Assembly: GCA_963810495.1 (NCBI GenBank)
Contig: CAWENP010000001.1
Location: forward strand, 72,990-136,989
DNA from: an uncultured delta proteobacterium
GTDB lineage: Bacteria > Desulfobacterota > Binatia > Binatales > Binataceae
Direction of reading: 5' to 3'
Length of the DNA: 64,000 nt
This document shows positions 38,749 to 50,445 of the stretch, piece by piece (position 1 is the first letter of the stretch; each line of letters opens with the position of its first letter). The position numbers and the translations under genes are program-made. Under the pieces are notes generated by a model. It made no database searches. It was given only the letters and a program-made list of their open reading frames with translations, and had not been told where the DNA came from.

Positions 38749-39765
38749 CTAATCCTGGCTTTTGGCCGTATCCTTGGTCGTGGTTGCGGCCGCGCTCCAT
38801 ATAGCGGTCTTCGGATGAAACGCCGCCCACGCGAACCAGTAGCCATTGTAGATCGGGACGCGCTCGCCTGACACGCTTGCGGTGACCGCGCCGGAGTCCG
38901 CGTCATAGGCAATAGTCAGATCCGCGCCGCCCAGTTGAACCCGAAGCGGCATCGGTGCCTCACTGAGCTTTGACAGCGGAAACGCTTCGTCCTGGCCGCC
39001 CGCCGATAGGCCCAGGACCAGTTCATGAGCGGAGAGCCGCTCGTCGAGATGCGTGACCGGCGACACTACCTGATCGCCGTGCTCATATCCCCAGTACGGA
39101 TCGACTCCATAGTCGCGCGTATAGCCAGTATTGATACTAAGTACGTCGGTCGAGGGATGTTTCTTTTGCCAGGCCTCCCAGGTCATGATCGTGCTCGGTA
39201 TCGCCGTCAGCTTCTGACCCGCCATCGGTCCGGCCAACGCCTGACCCTCGAGCTGCGACCACAGGCTCTGCGTGCCCTCATCGTAGAGCACCAGGTTGCT
39301 CTGGTAGAGCTTGCCCGATACGGCGAAGGTGAGCGTCTTGCCGCCGGCGTCGCGGCTGTACACGGCGGCGCCCTGGACCAACGGGCAGAAGGTCACCGCG
39401 AGCGGCGTCCCTGCGATCGAATCGTCGACGACCTCGTGCCAATTGAGAATCTTGATCGGATAGGCGCGCGCCCGCCCTTGGACGACCACGCCGATCACCT
39501 TGTCGTTGGATTCGAGAAACGTTGCGTGATCGGCCTTGACGAATTGCGGCTCCAGCACGGCCGGAATCGCGTCCTTCGCCGGGCCGCCGTCGCGAATCTC
39601 TGCGGGCGGCACCACGTGATGGCTAAGGTCGAAGCCGCTTAAGACCGGATAAATCGCAACCGCGGCGGCAATCGCCAGCGCGCGGCCGAATCGCTTGCGG
39701 CGCGGAGGCTGCCCTCGCCTATTTATCGTAGCACCTGGCATTGCACCTCGCATCACATCCCGCAT
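38749..39765 (-). CDS. DUF3179 family protein
   Basis: ARAYPIKILNWHEVVDDSIAGTPLAVTFCPLVQG...SGKLYQSNLVLYDEGTQSLWSQ. Confidence 0.55.
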   Translation of the reverse strand: MRDVMRGAMPGATINRRGQPPRRKRFGRALAIAAAVAIYPVLSGFDLSHHVVPPAEIRDGGPAKDAIPAVLEPQFVKADHATFLESNDKVIGVVVQGRARAYPIKILNWHEVVDDSIAGTPLAVTFCPLVQGAAVYSRDAGGKTLTFAVSGKLYQSNLVLYDEGTQSLWSQLEGQALAGPMAGQKLTAIPSTIMTWEAWQKKHPSTDVLSINTGYTRDYGVDPYWGYEHGDQVVSPVTHLDERLSAHELVLGLSAGGQDEAFPLSKLSEAPMPLRVQLGGADLTIAYDADSGAVTASVSGERVPIYNGYWFAWAAFHPKTAIWSAAATTTKDTAKSQD

Positions 39766-39835
39766 CGAATGCTCTCGCCCGTTGCCTCGTCCCGTCTCTA
39801 TTCAATGCGGCCGGCCGCCCGCGGGTTCCCCGGAC

Positions 39836-40828
39836 CTAACTGGAGAGCCGGGCACGATCGTGCGGCGCGCCGAAATCGATCGCCGGGCCCTTGGGCACGA
39901 TGCGAGTCGGGTTGATCATCGCGTGACTTGCATAATAGTGACGCTTGATATGCGCGAGGCTGACCGTCTCGGCGACACCGGGCACCTGGTAGAGATCACG
40001 CGTGTAACCCCATAGATTCGAGTAGTCAATGATGCGGCGCAAGTTGCATTTGAAGTGGCTATAGTAAACCGCGTCGAAACGCACCAGCGTGGGGAACAGC
40101 CGCCAGTCGGCCTCGGTCGCGCGACCGCCGAAGAGGTAGCGCTGGCGCGCCAGGCGCTGCTCGAGCCGATCGAGCGTCTCGAACAGCGGGTCGAAAACCG
40201 CCTCGTAGGCCTCCTGCGTTTTGGCGAAGCCGCACTTGTATACACCGTTGTTGACGGTGTCGTAAATGACAGCGTTGAGTTCGTCGATCTCCGCGCGCTG
40301 CGCCTGCGGATAGAGATCGTCGCCCGCGGCGCCCAGCGCGTTGAAGGCCGAATTGAACATCCGGATTATCTCGGACGACTCGTTGCTGACGATGGTCCCG
40401 GTCTCGCGGTCCCATAACACCGGCACCGTGACGCGTCCCGTGTAGTCGCGCCGAGCCTTGGTATAAACCTCGTGCAGGTAGCGCGCGCCGTTCAGATCAT
40501 CGCGCGTCGCGCCGGGTGTGAGCGACCCGTCCGGCGCGCTGAAGGCCCATCCGTCATCGCCCATGAACGGATCGACCACCGACACCGTGATCGCGTCGTC
40601 GAGCTTCTTCAGCTTGCGCACGATGAGCGTGCGATGGGCCCACGGGCAGGCGAGCGATACGTACAAGTGGTAGCGCCCGCGTTCGGCCTTGAAGCCGCCC
40701 TCCCCGCTCGGCCCGGGGCGGCCGTCGGCCGTCACCCAATTCCTGAACACGGTCTGCGGACGGACGAAATGGGCCCCCGCCGAGCGAAGGTCATCGCGCT
40801 GCCATTGGCCGTCGAGCATCATACCCAT
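39836..40828 (-). CDS. glutathionyl-hydroquinone reductase (YqjG/Xi-class GST)
   Basis: CPWAHRTLIVRKLKKL active-site motif; ~330 aa; start at MGMMLDGQWQ. Confidence 0.75.
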   Translation of the reverse strand: MGMMLDGQWQRDDLRSAGAHFVRPQTVFRNWVTADGRPGPSGEGGFKAERGRYHLYVSLACPWAHRTLIVRKLKKLDDAITVSVVDPFMGDDGWAFSAPDGSLTPGATRDDLNGARYLHEVYTKARRDYTGRVTVPVLWDRETGTIVSNESSEIIRMFNSAFNALGAAGDDLYPQAQRAEIDELNAVIYDTVNNGVYKCGFAKTQEAYEAVFDPLFETLDRLEQRLARQRYLFGGRATEADWRLFPTLVRFDAVYYSHFKCNLRRIIDYSNLWGYTRDLYQVPGVAETVSLAHIKRHYYASHAMINPTRIVPKGPAIDFGAPHDRARLSS

Positions 40829-40874
40829 CGCTGACTCCTTGCGTACGCCCCAGGAATCCTCCGATGATATTCCG

Positions 40875-41762
40875 ATGGGCCAAAGTCTCACAAACCCCGG
40901 CCTCGCAGGGCTGCAAGCGCTGCTCTACCGGCTGATCACGGCGCCCGAGGGCGTAGCCGCCGGTCTCGCCGCCGAACGCCCCGAGGTGCGCGCCGATTTG
41001 GACCATTTTATTGAGAGCGATGATCGCCTCTCCGCGACCGAGCGTCTCGAGATTTACGCCAACGCCTACTTCTACCGCATCCTGGACTGCCTGAAGGAGG
41101 ATTTCCCGGCGACGCTCGCAACGCTCGGCGCCGACGACTTCCACAACCTGGTCACCGGCTACCTGATCGAGTATCCGCCGACCGAACCTTCTATCTCTTA
41201 CGCCGGCCGCCATCTGGCCGAGTTCCTGCGCCACGATTCGATGCGGGCGATGATCGAACGATGGCCGTTCATCGCCGAGCTGGCGCGGCTGGAGCGGACG
41301 TTGATCGAGGTTTTCCATGCTGCGGAGGCCGAACCGTTGAACGCCGAAGCGATGCGTTCGGTCGCGCCTGAGGATTGGCCGGCGCTCGCGATGCGCACGC
41401 ATCCGGCGCTTGCGATCGTCGATTGCGAATGGCGCGTGGACGAGCTATTGCGCGAAGTCGAAGCCGCCGCGGGCGAAAGCGATCAAACCCATGACACGCC
41501 CGCGCATGCTCGTGGCGCGCCCACGCATGCGCCGGTCAGCGTGCTGGTGTGGCGGCACAACTCGCGTGTCCATTACCGCGCGTTGGAGCGCCCGGAGCGC
41601 GCGGCGCTCGAAGTCGCGAGCGCCGGCGCAAGTTTCGCGACGATATGCGAGACGGTTGCCGCGGCATGCGGCCAGGACGAAATGATTGCGCCGGTTGCGC
41701 TTATCAACCGGTTGCTTGAGCAATGGATCGCGGCGGGCCTGCTCGTCCTGGCGGACAAGTGA
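40875..41762 (+). CDS. DUF2063 domain protein (putative DNA-binding)
   Basis: ERLEIYANAYFYRILDCL...; first 62 codons of the ORF overlap the convergent GS-HQR gene, so start taken at the Met at 40875. Confidence 0.55.
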   Translation: MGQSLTNPGLAGLQALLYRLITAPEGVAAGLAAERPEVRADLDHFIESDDRLSATERLEIYANAYFYRILDCLKEDFPATLATLGADDFHNLVTGYLIEYPPTEPSISYAGRHLAEFLRHDSMRAMIERWPFIAELARLERTLIEVFHAAEAEPLNAEAMRSVAPEDWPALAMRTHPALAIVDCEWRVDELLREVEAAAGESDQTHDTPAHARGAPTHAPVSVLVWRHNSRVHYRALERPERAALEVASAGASFATICETVAAACGQDEMIAPVALINRLLEQWIAAGLLVLADK

Positions 41763-41820
41763 CCGGGCTGACTTAGCTGCGGAGCGCGCGGCTTCGCTAC
41801 GAGCGCTCCAGGAGCGCCCT

Positions 41821-42075
41821 CTAAACCGAATCTTCCCGCAGTTGCGGATGCTCCAGAAGCTTGTAGCTGACGAGAGCCGTCGGCGTACCCTCCTCAATAT
41901 TGCGCAGGCGGAAGTACGGCGCGTCCATCCCTCCGCCCGACTTGAGGCTGACCACCTCGTGAAGCCTGCCGCGGAAGATCACGCGGCTCCCCGGCAGCAT
42001 CCTTATCGCTGTGCGCTTCTCCATCGTGGCTAACTCCTCCACCCCCTTGAGCTCACCGCCACCCAGCCTCGTCAT
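41821..42075 (-). CDS. hypothetical small protein
   Basis: 84-aa ORF only. Confidence 0.2.
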   Translation of the reverse strand: MTRLGGGELKGVEELATMEKRTAIRMLPGSRVIFRGRLHEVVSLKSGGGMDAPYFRLRNIEEGTPTALVSYKLLEHPQLREDSV

Positions 42076-42207
42076 GTGATGATCAGCAACTATTGCACCT
42101 GCTCTCGCATGTCAAGGCTCGCGATCCCAGGATGAGCGTGCGCTTGACAGGGCGGCGGCTCTGTTGCTCCAACCATTCCCGAGGCCAACGAGGAGAGCTT
42201 TACCGAT

Positions 42208-43839
42208 ATGGCAATCGTGAGGGGCGAGCAGATAATCGCACGCTGCTTAAGCAACGAAAAAGTCGACACGATCTTTTTCATGATGGGCGGACCGACCAGC
42301 GGCACCGCGGGCGCGTGCCTCGACCTCGGGATGAAGGGCATCTACGTACGCCACGAGCAGGCGGCGGCGATGATGGCGCACGCCTACGCGCGCGTCACGG
42401 GCAAACCGGGCGTCTGCATCACGCCGTCGGGACCCGGCACGGCCAACGCGCTCACGGGGCTCGCCAACGCGTGGGCCGACGCCACGCCGATAATCGCGAT
42501 TGGCGGTTCGGCGCCGATGCGCGCGACCACGCTCGACGCCTTCCAGGAGATGGACCAGGTCGCGATCATGAAGCCGGTGGTCAAGGCGGCCTACCGGGTC
42601 GACATGGCAAGCCGCATCCCGGAGTACATCAGCGTCGCGTTTCGTGAGGCGCTCGACGCCAAGAAGGGGCCGGTCTACCTCGACCTGCCCGGCGACATTC
42701 TAAATCACAAGGTCGACGACGAAAAACTCCTGTTCCCCGCCAACTACCGCGTCGAGAGCCGCCCCGCCGGCGACCCTGTGCAGGTGGAATGCGCAATCGA
42801 GTTGCTCGCCGGGGCCGAACGCCCGATCGTGGTTACCGGCAGCGGAGTGTTATGGTCGGGCGCGTCCGCCGAACTGCGCGACTTCATCGACAGCACCGGG
42901 TTGCCGTTTTACACCACGCCGCAGGGCCGCGGCGTGATACCCGAAGACCATCAGCGTTCGTTCCCGGGCGCGCGCTCGATGGCGTTTCGCGAGGCCGACG
43001 TGGTGCTGGTGGTGGGCGCGCGGGCGAATTCGATGCTCTCGTTTCTGCGCGCGCCGCGCTTTTCGCCCGGGGCCCGCTTCATCAGCGTCAACCTCGACGG
43101 CCGCGAGATCGGCCACAACCGCGGCGTCGAGGTCGGGATCATCGGCGACGCCAAGCTGGTTCTGCGCCAGTTGACGGAGGAGGCGGACGGCCGCTTCGAG
43201 GCGCATCGTGAGAGCGCGTGGGTCGCGCAGCTTAGCGCGAAGCATCGCTCCAACCAGGAGCGCTCGACGCCGTTGCTCCATTCCGACGCCGTGCCGATCC
43301 ATCCGCTGCGCCTGTGCCGCGAGGTTCGCGATCTGATCTCGCGCGACACCATCCTCATCGTCGACGGCCACGAGATTCTGAACTTCGCGCGCCAGTCGAT
43401 TCCGATCTACCAGGCCGGATGCAGCCTCAACGCGGGACCGCACGGATGTATGGGCGTCGGCGTGCCGTTCGGAATCGGCGCCAAGGTCGCCAGGCCCGAA
43501 GCGCCGGTGCTGGTGCTCTCGGGCGACGGCGCATTTGGATGGAACGGGATGGAGATGGACACGGCGATTCGCCATCAACTGCCGATTGTGGTGGTGATCT
43601 CGAACAACGCCGGCTTCACCTCGCGCAAGACCGGCGGCACGGTCGGGCGTGAGCTGGGATGGCAGCGCTACGACAAGATGGTCGAGGCGCTGGGCGGATA
43701 CGGCGAGTTCGTCGAGAAGCCCGAGGGCATCCGCGGCGCGATCGAGCGCGCGTTCAAAACCGGCAAGCCCGCGCTGGTCAACGTCTGCACCGACCCCGAG
43801 GCTCAGGCGACCACGGACATGGGGTTTGCGGGTTACTGA
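42208..43839 (+). CDS. thiamine-diphosphate-dependent enzyme (oxalyl-CoA decarboxylase / 2-hydroxyacyl-CoA lyase / acetolactate synthase-like)
   Basis: N-terminal Pyr domain (GVCITPSGPGTANALTGLANAWAD), C-terminal TPP-binding GDGAFGWNGMEMDTA...NN. Confidence 0.8.
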   Translation: MAIVRGEQIIARCLSNEKVDTIFFMMGGPTSGTAGACLDLGMKGIYVRHEQAAAMMAHAYARVTGKPGVCITPSGPGTANALTGLANAWADATPIIAIGGSAPMRATTLDAFQEMDQVAIMKPVVKAAYRVDMASRIPEYISVAFREALDAKKGPVYLDLPGDILNHKVDDEKLLFPANYRVESRPAGDPVQVECAIELLAGAERPIVVTGSGVLWSGASAELRDFIDSTGLPFYTTPQGRGVIPEDHQRSFPGARSMAFREADVVLVVGARANSMLSFLRAPRFSPGARFISVNLDGREIGHNRGVEVGIIGDAKLVLRQLTEEADGRFEAHRESAWVAQLSAKHRSNQERSTPLLHSDAVPIHPLRLCREVRDLISRDTILIVDGHEILNFARQSIPIYQAGCSLNAGPHGCMGVGVPFGIGAKVARPEAPVLVLSGDGAFGWNGMEMDTAIRHQLPIVVVISNNAGFTSRKTGGTVGRELGWQRYDKMVEALGGYGEFVEKPEGIRGAIERAFKTGKPALVNVCTDPEAQATTDMGFAGY

Positions 43840-43924
43840 GGCTGGTCACGCGATGAACTGAGAGGCGCGCGGGCAAATTCTGAACCCCTCGTGTTTTGGG
43901 GGGGGGTTAAAGTGGAGGTCAATC

Positions 43925-43962
43925 GAGGAAGCGCCATTTTCTAATTCCCGCGGCGCTTCCTC
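43925..43962. terminator. perfect 11-bp inverted repeat (gaggaagcgcc / ggcgcttcctc, 16-nt loop) between convergent genes, a candidate bidirectional terminator; a G9 homopolymer lies just upstream (43897-43905)
   Basis: Seen directly; no flanking U-run. Confidence 0.35.
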
Positions 43963-44002
43963 GAATCCTTTCACCGCAGTGCAGTCGCAATCGTTTACGA
44001 AC

Positions 44003-44893
44003 TCATCGCGCGCCCGTGCGGCGAGCCACCTCGAGCACGCGGCGCGCGCGCGTCAGATGCGGCACGTCGACCATCTCGCCGCGAAACGTGAACGCCATCC
44101 GCCCGGCCTTGCTGTTTTCCTCAAACGCCGCGAGCAGTTCCTCGGCGTCCGCGATCTCCTGCTTCGAGGGCGAAAAAACCTCGTTGACGATTTCGATCTG
44201 GCTTGGATGGATCGTAATTTTGCCGGTGAAACCCATCCAGGCGCCCTCGATACAATCGCGGCGGCATCCGTCGGGATCCTTGATATTGACAAACACGGTA
44301 TCGATCGGCTGCACCGCGGCCGCGGTGGCCGCGAGCAGCGTCATGATCCGCGCGTAGCGGAATACTTCGAGGAATTCGCCGCGTTCGTCGCGATTGCGCC
44401 GCGCGCCGATCGCCGCCGAAAGGTCCTCGGCGCCCCAGGACATGCTGTCGACGCGCGGATGCAGCCCGAGGTCCTTGATGTTGAGCAGACCCTGCGGCGT
44501 CTCGGTCGCAAGCAGCAGCAGCTTGACGCTGCGCTCGGGATAGCCGTACTGCTTCTCGAGGCCGCTCAGAATCGAATCGATCTTTTCCACGTCGGCGAAG
44601 GTCCGCACCTTGGGCACCATGTAGGAATCCGGCCGCCCCGCCATCGTGGCCTCGAGGTCGGCGACTCCCCACGGCGTCTCCAGCGGATTCATCCGCACCA
44701 TCCGCTCGCGCCCCTTGAAGTCGACCTTCTGCAGCCACTCGGTGACCGTCTTGCGCGCGGAGGCCTTGTTGTCGGGCGTGACCGAGTCCTCGAGGTCGAG
44801 CACCAGCGCGTCGGCCGGGAGATCGATCGACTTGGCCAGCATCTTGTCGTTGGCGCCGGGCACGAAATGCACGGCGCGGCGCAGCGTCTCCAT
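44003..44893 (-). CDS. HpcH/HpaI aldolase / citrate-lyase beta (CitE)-like acyl-CoA lyase (malyl/citramalyl-CoA lyase-like)
   Basis: VPGANDKMLAKSIDLPADALVLDLEDSV...; EGAWMGFTGKITIHPSQIEIVN. Confidence 0.75.
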   Translation of the reverse strand: METLRRAVHFVPGANDKMLAKSIDLPADALVLDLEDSVTPDNKASARKTVTEWLQKVDFKGRERMVRMNPLETPWGVADLEATMAGRPDSYMVPKVRTFADVEKIDSILSGLEKQYGYPERSVKLLLLATETPQGLLNIKDLGLHPRVDSMSWGAEDLSAAIGARRNRDERGEFLEVFRYARIMTLLAATAAAVQPIDTVFVNIKDPDGCRRDCIEGAWMGFTGKITIHPSQIEIVNEVFSPSKQEIADAEELLAAFEENSKAGRMAFTFRGEMVDVPHLTRARRVLEVARRTGAR

Positions 44894-44928
44894 AGTCGGC
44901 TACTCCAGATGTTCGCTTCGGCGCGCGG

Positions 44929-45396
44929 CTACTTGTTGGGCTTGCGCAGCATCATCGCTGCCCGCTTGCAGCGCATCACGGTCTCATTGCGCTGGTTGCG
45001 CGCGCGATGCTCGAGGATGACGATGCCCCAGTTGGGATGCGATTTCGACGGCCGCACCTCCAGCACTTCGCTCTCGGCGTAGAGCGTGTCGCCGATGAAT
45101 ACCGGTTTGGGAAATTCAACCTTCTCGAACCCCAGATTGCCGACCGTGGTGCCGAGCGTGAGGTCGCCGACCGAAAGGCCGACCGCCAGCCCGAGGGTGA
45201 AGATCGAGTTGACGAGGCGCTGGCCGAATTCGGCCTTTTTGCCGAACTCGGCGTCCAGATGCAGCGGCTGCACGTTCATTGTGAGCGTCGTGATCAGCAG
45301 GTTGTCGGTCTCGGTGACTGTGCGGCCGGGCTGATGCTGAAACGTTTCGCCGACTTTGAACTCTTCGAAATACTTGCCCATCGTGATCGCTCCCAA
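44929..45396 (-). CDS. MaoC-like (R)-specific enoyl-CoA hydratase/dehydratase
   Basis: Hot-dog fold MaoC pattern [33 protein letters not shown]. Confidence 0.75.
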   Translation of the reverse strand: MGAITMGKYFEEFKVGETFQHQPGRTVTETDNLLITTLTMNVQPLHLDAEFGKKAEFGQRLVNSIFTLGLAVGLSVGDLTLGTTVGNLGFEKVEFPKPVFIGDTLYAESEVLEVRPSKSHPNWGIVILEHRARNQRNETVMRCKRAAMMLRKPNK

Positions 45397-45492
45397 CGCG
45401 AATATGCGCGAGTTTTTGCGTGCGCCGCCTGGCGCAGGCGCTCCGAATCATAGTCCAGGTGCGCGCCCGCAACCAGCCGCGCGCGAGTATGC

Positions 45493-47502
<2,010 letters not shown>

Positions 47503-47518
47503 GGCGATAGCCTGGGCG

Positions 47519-48370
47519 CTACACCTTGTCGATTATCTCAGCACGGAAGCGCTCGAGCTCCGAGCCCTCGAGCGCCTTGATCGGAAGCCCGGCAAGCGTG
47601 CGATCCACGCCGAGCTCGGCCATCCGGCGCACGTCGTCGGCCGTGAGCGGCTTGCCGGTGCGCAGGCTGAGCGTGATCTCGATCGGCCGCGTGCGCTCCG
47701 CCGCGCGCGCGTACTCACGCAGGCGCGAAATCAGCGTCCCCGCCTCGTCCAGGCTGTGCGCGATCCCGTACCATCCGTCGCCCAGCCGAACGGTGCGCTT
47801 GAGCGCGGGCTCGCTGGTGCCGCCGAAGACGATGGGTGGATGCGGCTGCTGGACGGTTTTGGGCATGAACTTCATCCCCTGGGTCGCAACCGTCTTGCCC
47901 TTGTAAAGCGGATCGCTCTTGCTCCACAGCTCGATCATCACCTCCAAGTACTCGCGAGTGCGCAGCGCGCGATCCTCGAACTTCATCCCCACCGCCTCGA
48001 ACTCCTCCTTGAGCCATCCGATACCGACGCCGAAGATGACGCGGCCCTGGCTCAGTTGGTCGAGCGTGGCGATCGCCTTGGCGGTGGCAAAGGCGTTGCG
48101 CAGCGGCACCACGAAGATGCCGGTGGCGAGGCGAATCTTCGTGGTCAGCGCGGCGACGTAGGCGAGCGTAAGCAGCGGATCGTGAAACGGCGCGTCAGGC
48201 GGCACGAGAAAGCGGCCGTCGGGCGTGTACGGATAGGCCGAGGTCTGCTTCACCGGCATGATCAGGTGCTCGGCGATCCAGGCCGACTCGAAACCGAGCT
48301 GCTCGGCCTGGCGCACGTCGGCGGCGATCGCCTCGCCGCGCTGCTTGGTGATGAAGGTGCCGAATTTCAT
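47519..48370 (-). CDS. LLM-class flavin/F420-dependent oxidoreductase
   Basis: MKFGTFI...[15 protein letters not shown]...VPL luciferase-like pattern. Confidence 0.7.
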   Translation of the reverse strand: MKFGTFITKQRGEAIAADVRQAEQLGFESAWIAEHLIMPVKQTSAYPYTPDGRFLVPPDAPFHDPLLTLAYVAALTTKIRLATGIFVVPLRNAFATAKAIATLDQLSQGRVIFGVGIGWLKEEFEAVGMKFEDRALRTREYLEVMIELWSKSDPLYKGKTVATQGMKFMPKTVQQPHPPIVFGGTSEPALKRTVRLGDGWYGIAHSLDEAGTLISRLREYARAAERTRPIEITLSLRTGKPLTADDVRRMAELGVDRTLAGLPIKALEGSELERFRAEIIDKV

Positions 48371-48408
48371 GAGCGCGTACCTCGCCGCAAACTCGTCATG
48401 TAAATTGG

Positions 48409-49689
48409 CTAATAAATCGGCCCGAAAGCCGCGCGCGCATGGCGCTCGAGCGGCTCGCGAAAGTCCGGATGCGCGATCGCGATCAGCCGCCGCGCGCGTT
48501 CCTCCAGGCTCATGCCGCGCAGATGCGCCGCACCGTACTCGGTCGCCACGATATCGACGTCGGAGCGCGCCGTGGTCACGATCGGATCGTTCAGCGACGC
48601 CACGATCCGGCTGACCTTGCCGCTGCGCGCCGTCGCCGGCAGCGCGATTATCGATTTCCCGCCGCGCGAGCGCCGCGCCGCGCGCACATAGTCGACCTGG
48701 CCGCCGACCGCGCCGATATACGTTCCGCCGGCGACTTCGGCGTTGACCTGGCCGCTTAGGTCGACCTCGATCGCGGAATTGAGCGAGACGAATCCGTCGA
48801 TTCGCGCCAGTAGCTCGATCTTGTGCGTGACGCTGAGCGGCACGAGGCGCAAGGCGCGGTTGCGATGGGCGAAGTCGTACAGCTTTCGCGTGCCCAGCAG
48901 CGTCCCGGTGATGCTTGCGTCGCGATCGAACGGCTTGGTCTCGTTGGTCACCGCCCCCGACTTAATCAGATCCACCACGGCGTCGCTGAGCATCCCCGAG
49001 TGCAGCCCGAGCCGGCGATGGCTATGCAGGGCGTCGAGGATCGCGCACGGCATCGCACCGATTCCCATCTGGATTACCGCGCCGTCGGGCACCAACTCCG
49101 CGACCCCCCGCGCGATCCTTTTATCGATCTCGCTCGGCTCGCGCGTGGAATGCTCCAGCGGCGGACGCGAGCTGCGCACGAGATAGTCGACCCGCGCCAT
49201 ATCGAGCGGCTCGTCGGAGTAAGTCCACGGCAGTTGATCGTTGACCTGGGCAATCACCGTGCGCGCGCGGCGCATCGCGATTTTCAGATAGTCGTTAACA
49301 AGCCCCATGCTGTATTCGCCGGCACCATCGGCGGGCGGGCTCAGATGGAGCATCACTACGTCGGCTTTGAGGATGCCGCTATCGAACAGCGACTCGACGT
49401 CGGAAAGCTGGCAGGGGATGAGACGCAGCACGCCCGCGTCGACCAGGCGACGCCGGGTCCCTATAGCGCTCATCCCGAGAAACGTGAGGCAATCAGCATG
49501 CTCCGGTTGAAGCGTCTCCGAATATCCCGGCCCGAGAAATAGCGTGATCGGACCGATCGCGTGGCGCTGCGCGACCAGCGTCTCTGAGAGCGTCAGCGGC
49601 TCGGCCGCCCCTTGCGCCCAGACCACGGTGTCGCCGCGCCGGATATAGCGCGCAAGCTCAAGTTCTTCGGCTCGCAGTTCGATAGTCAT
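48409..49689 (-). CDS. acetyl-CoA hydrolase/transferase family protein (Ach1/Cat1-like CoA-transferase)
   Basis: Start MTIELRAEEL at 49689; two-domain CoA-transferase pattern. Confidence 0.7.
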   Translation of the reverse strand: MTIELRAEELELARYIRRGDTVVWAQGAAEPLTLSETLVAQRHAIGPITLFLGPGYSETLQPEHADCLTFLGMSAIGTRRRLVDAGVLRLIPCQLSDVESLFDSGILKADVVMLHLSPPADGAGEYSMGLVNDYLKIAMRRARTVIAQVNDQLPWTYSDEPLDMARVDYLVRSSRPPLEHSTREPSEIDKRIARGVAELVPDGAVIQMGIGAMPCAILDALHSHRRLGLHSGMLSDAVVDLIKSGAVTNETKPFDRDASITGTLLGTRKLYDFAHRNRALRLVPLSVTHKIELLARIDGFVSLNSAIEVDLSGQVNAEVAGGTYIGAVGGQVDYVRAARRSRGGKSIIALPATARSGKVSRIVASLNDPIVTTARSDVDIVATEYGAAHLRGMSLEERARRLIAIAHPDFREPLERHARAAFGPIY

Positions 49690-49795
49690 CGTGAAAAGTG
49701 AAAAGCGGCGTGGCAACGGCTGGACGAGAGGCTCCTGCGAGAGGTCCGGTGTTTCGCGATAAGTTCTAACCGATGCGCTTGCTCGGCCAGCGGCG

Positions 49796-50233
49796 CTAAC
49801 CGGCGGACGAGGTCGCGGTCCGCTTGCGGCGGTCGGGCCGGCGACGCGGCCGTGCGGAAATCGCCCGCTGGGGTATCCGCAACGGACGCGTCTGGCGCTC
49901 AACCGGTATTCCGGGCGTTGGCGGAGGCGGCGCGGGTGGCGGATCCAACCGCGCCTCGTCCTGCATCAAGAGAAAGAAGAACATGTTGGCGAGCACGATC
50001 TTGGTGAGTCCGATAACCGATACCAGCGCCGCCACCAGCACCCACTTCGAGGAGTCGTGGCCGAGCCATCCAGTCTTCACCCCGACACCCAGCGTCGCAA
50101 CGGCCGCCACGATGATGACGCCCATCCCGATCGACGCCGGCACCATCGATTTGCGCCAGAACGCCTCGGCCGAGTACGGATTAACCGCGGCGTTTAGCGG
50201 TCGCCGGCGCTGGAGCGGAATGACGATTGCCAC
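49796..50233 (-). CDS. hypothetical small membrane protein with Pro-rich tail
   Basis: 145-aa ORF with 2 TM segments. Confidence 0.25.
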   Translation of the reverse strand: MAIVIPLQRRRPLNAAVNPYSAEAFWRKSMVPASIGMGVIIVAAVATLGVGVKTGWLGHDSSKWVLVAALVSVIGLTKIVLANMFFFLLMQDEARLDPPPAPPPPTPGIPVERQTRPLRIPQRAISARPRRRPDRRKRTATSSAG

Positions 50234-50445
50234 GTTCTACCCCGTCGATGTTTTATGCTCCACTGCGCGGCGAGGCGCAAGCGGCGGGATGGGATTCGTC
50301 GCCGCAGGACTGAAGCGCTCCACAGGCTCGCCGCTGGGTGAAAAAGCCTTTGCCTCCTCGCGCAATAAAGTCTAGACAGGATGCGGGGTGAATTCAGTGA
50401 ATCCATAGACCCGCGACCGGGGAGTCCGAAACGGAGGGCAGTACG

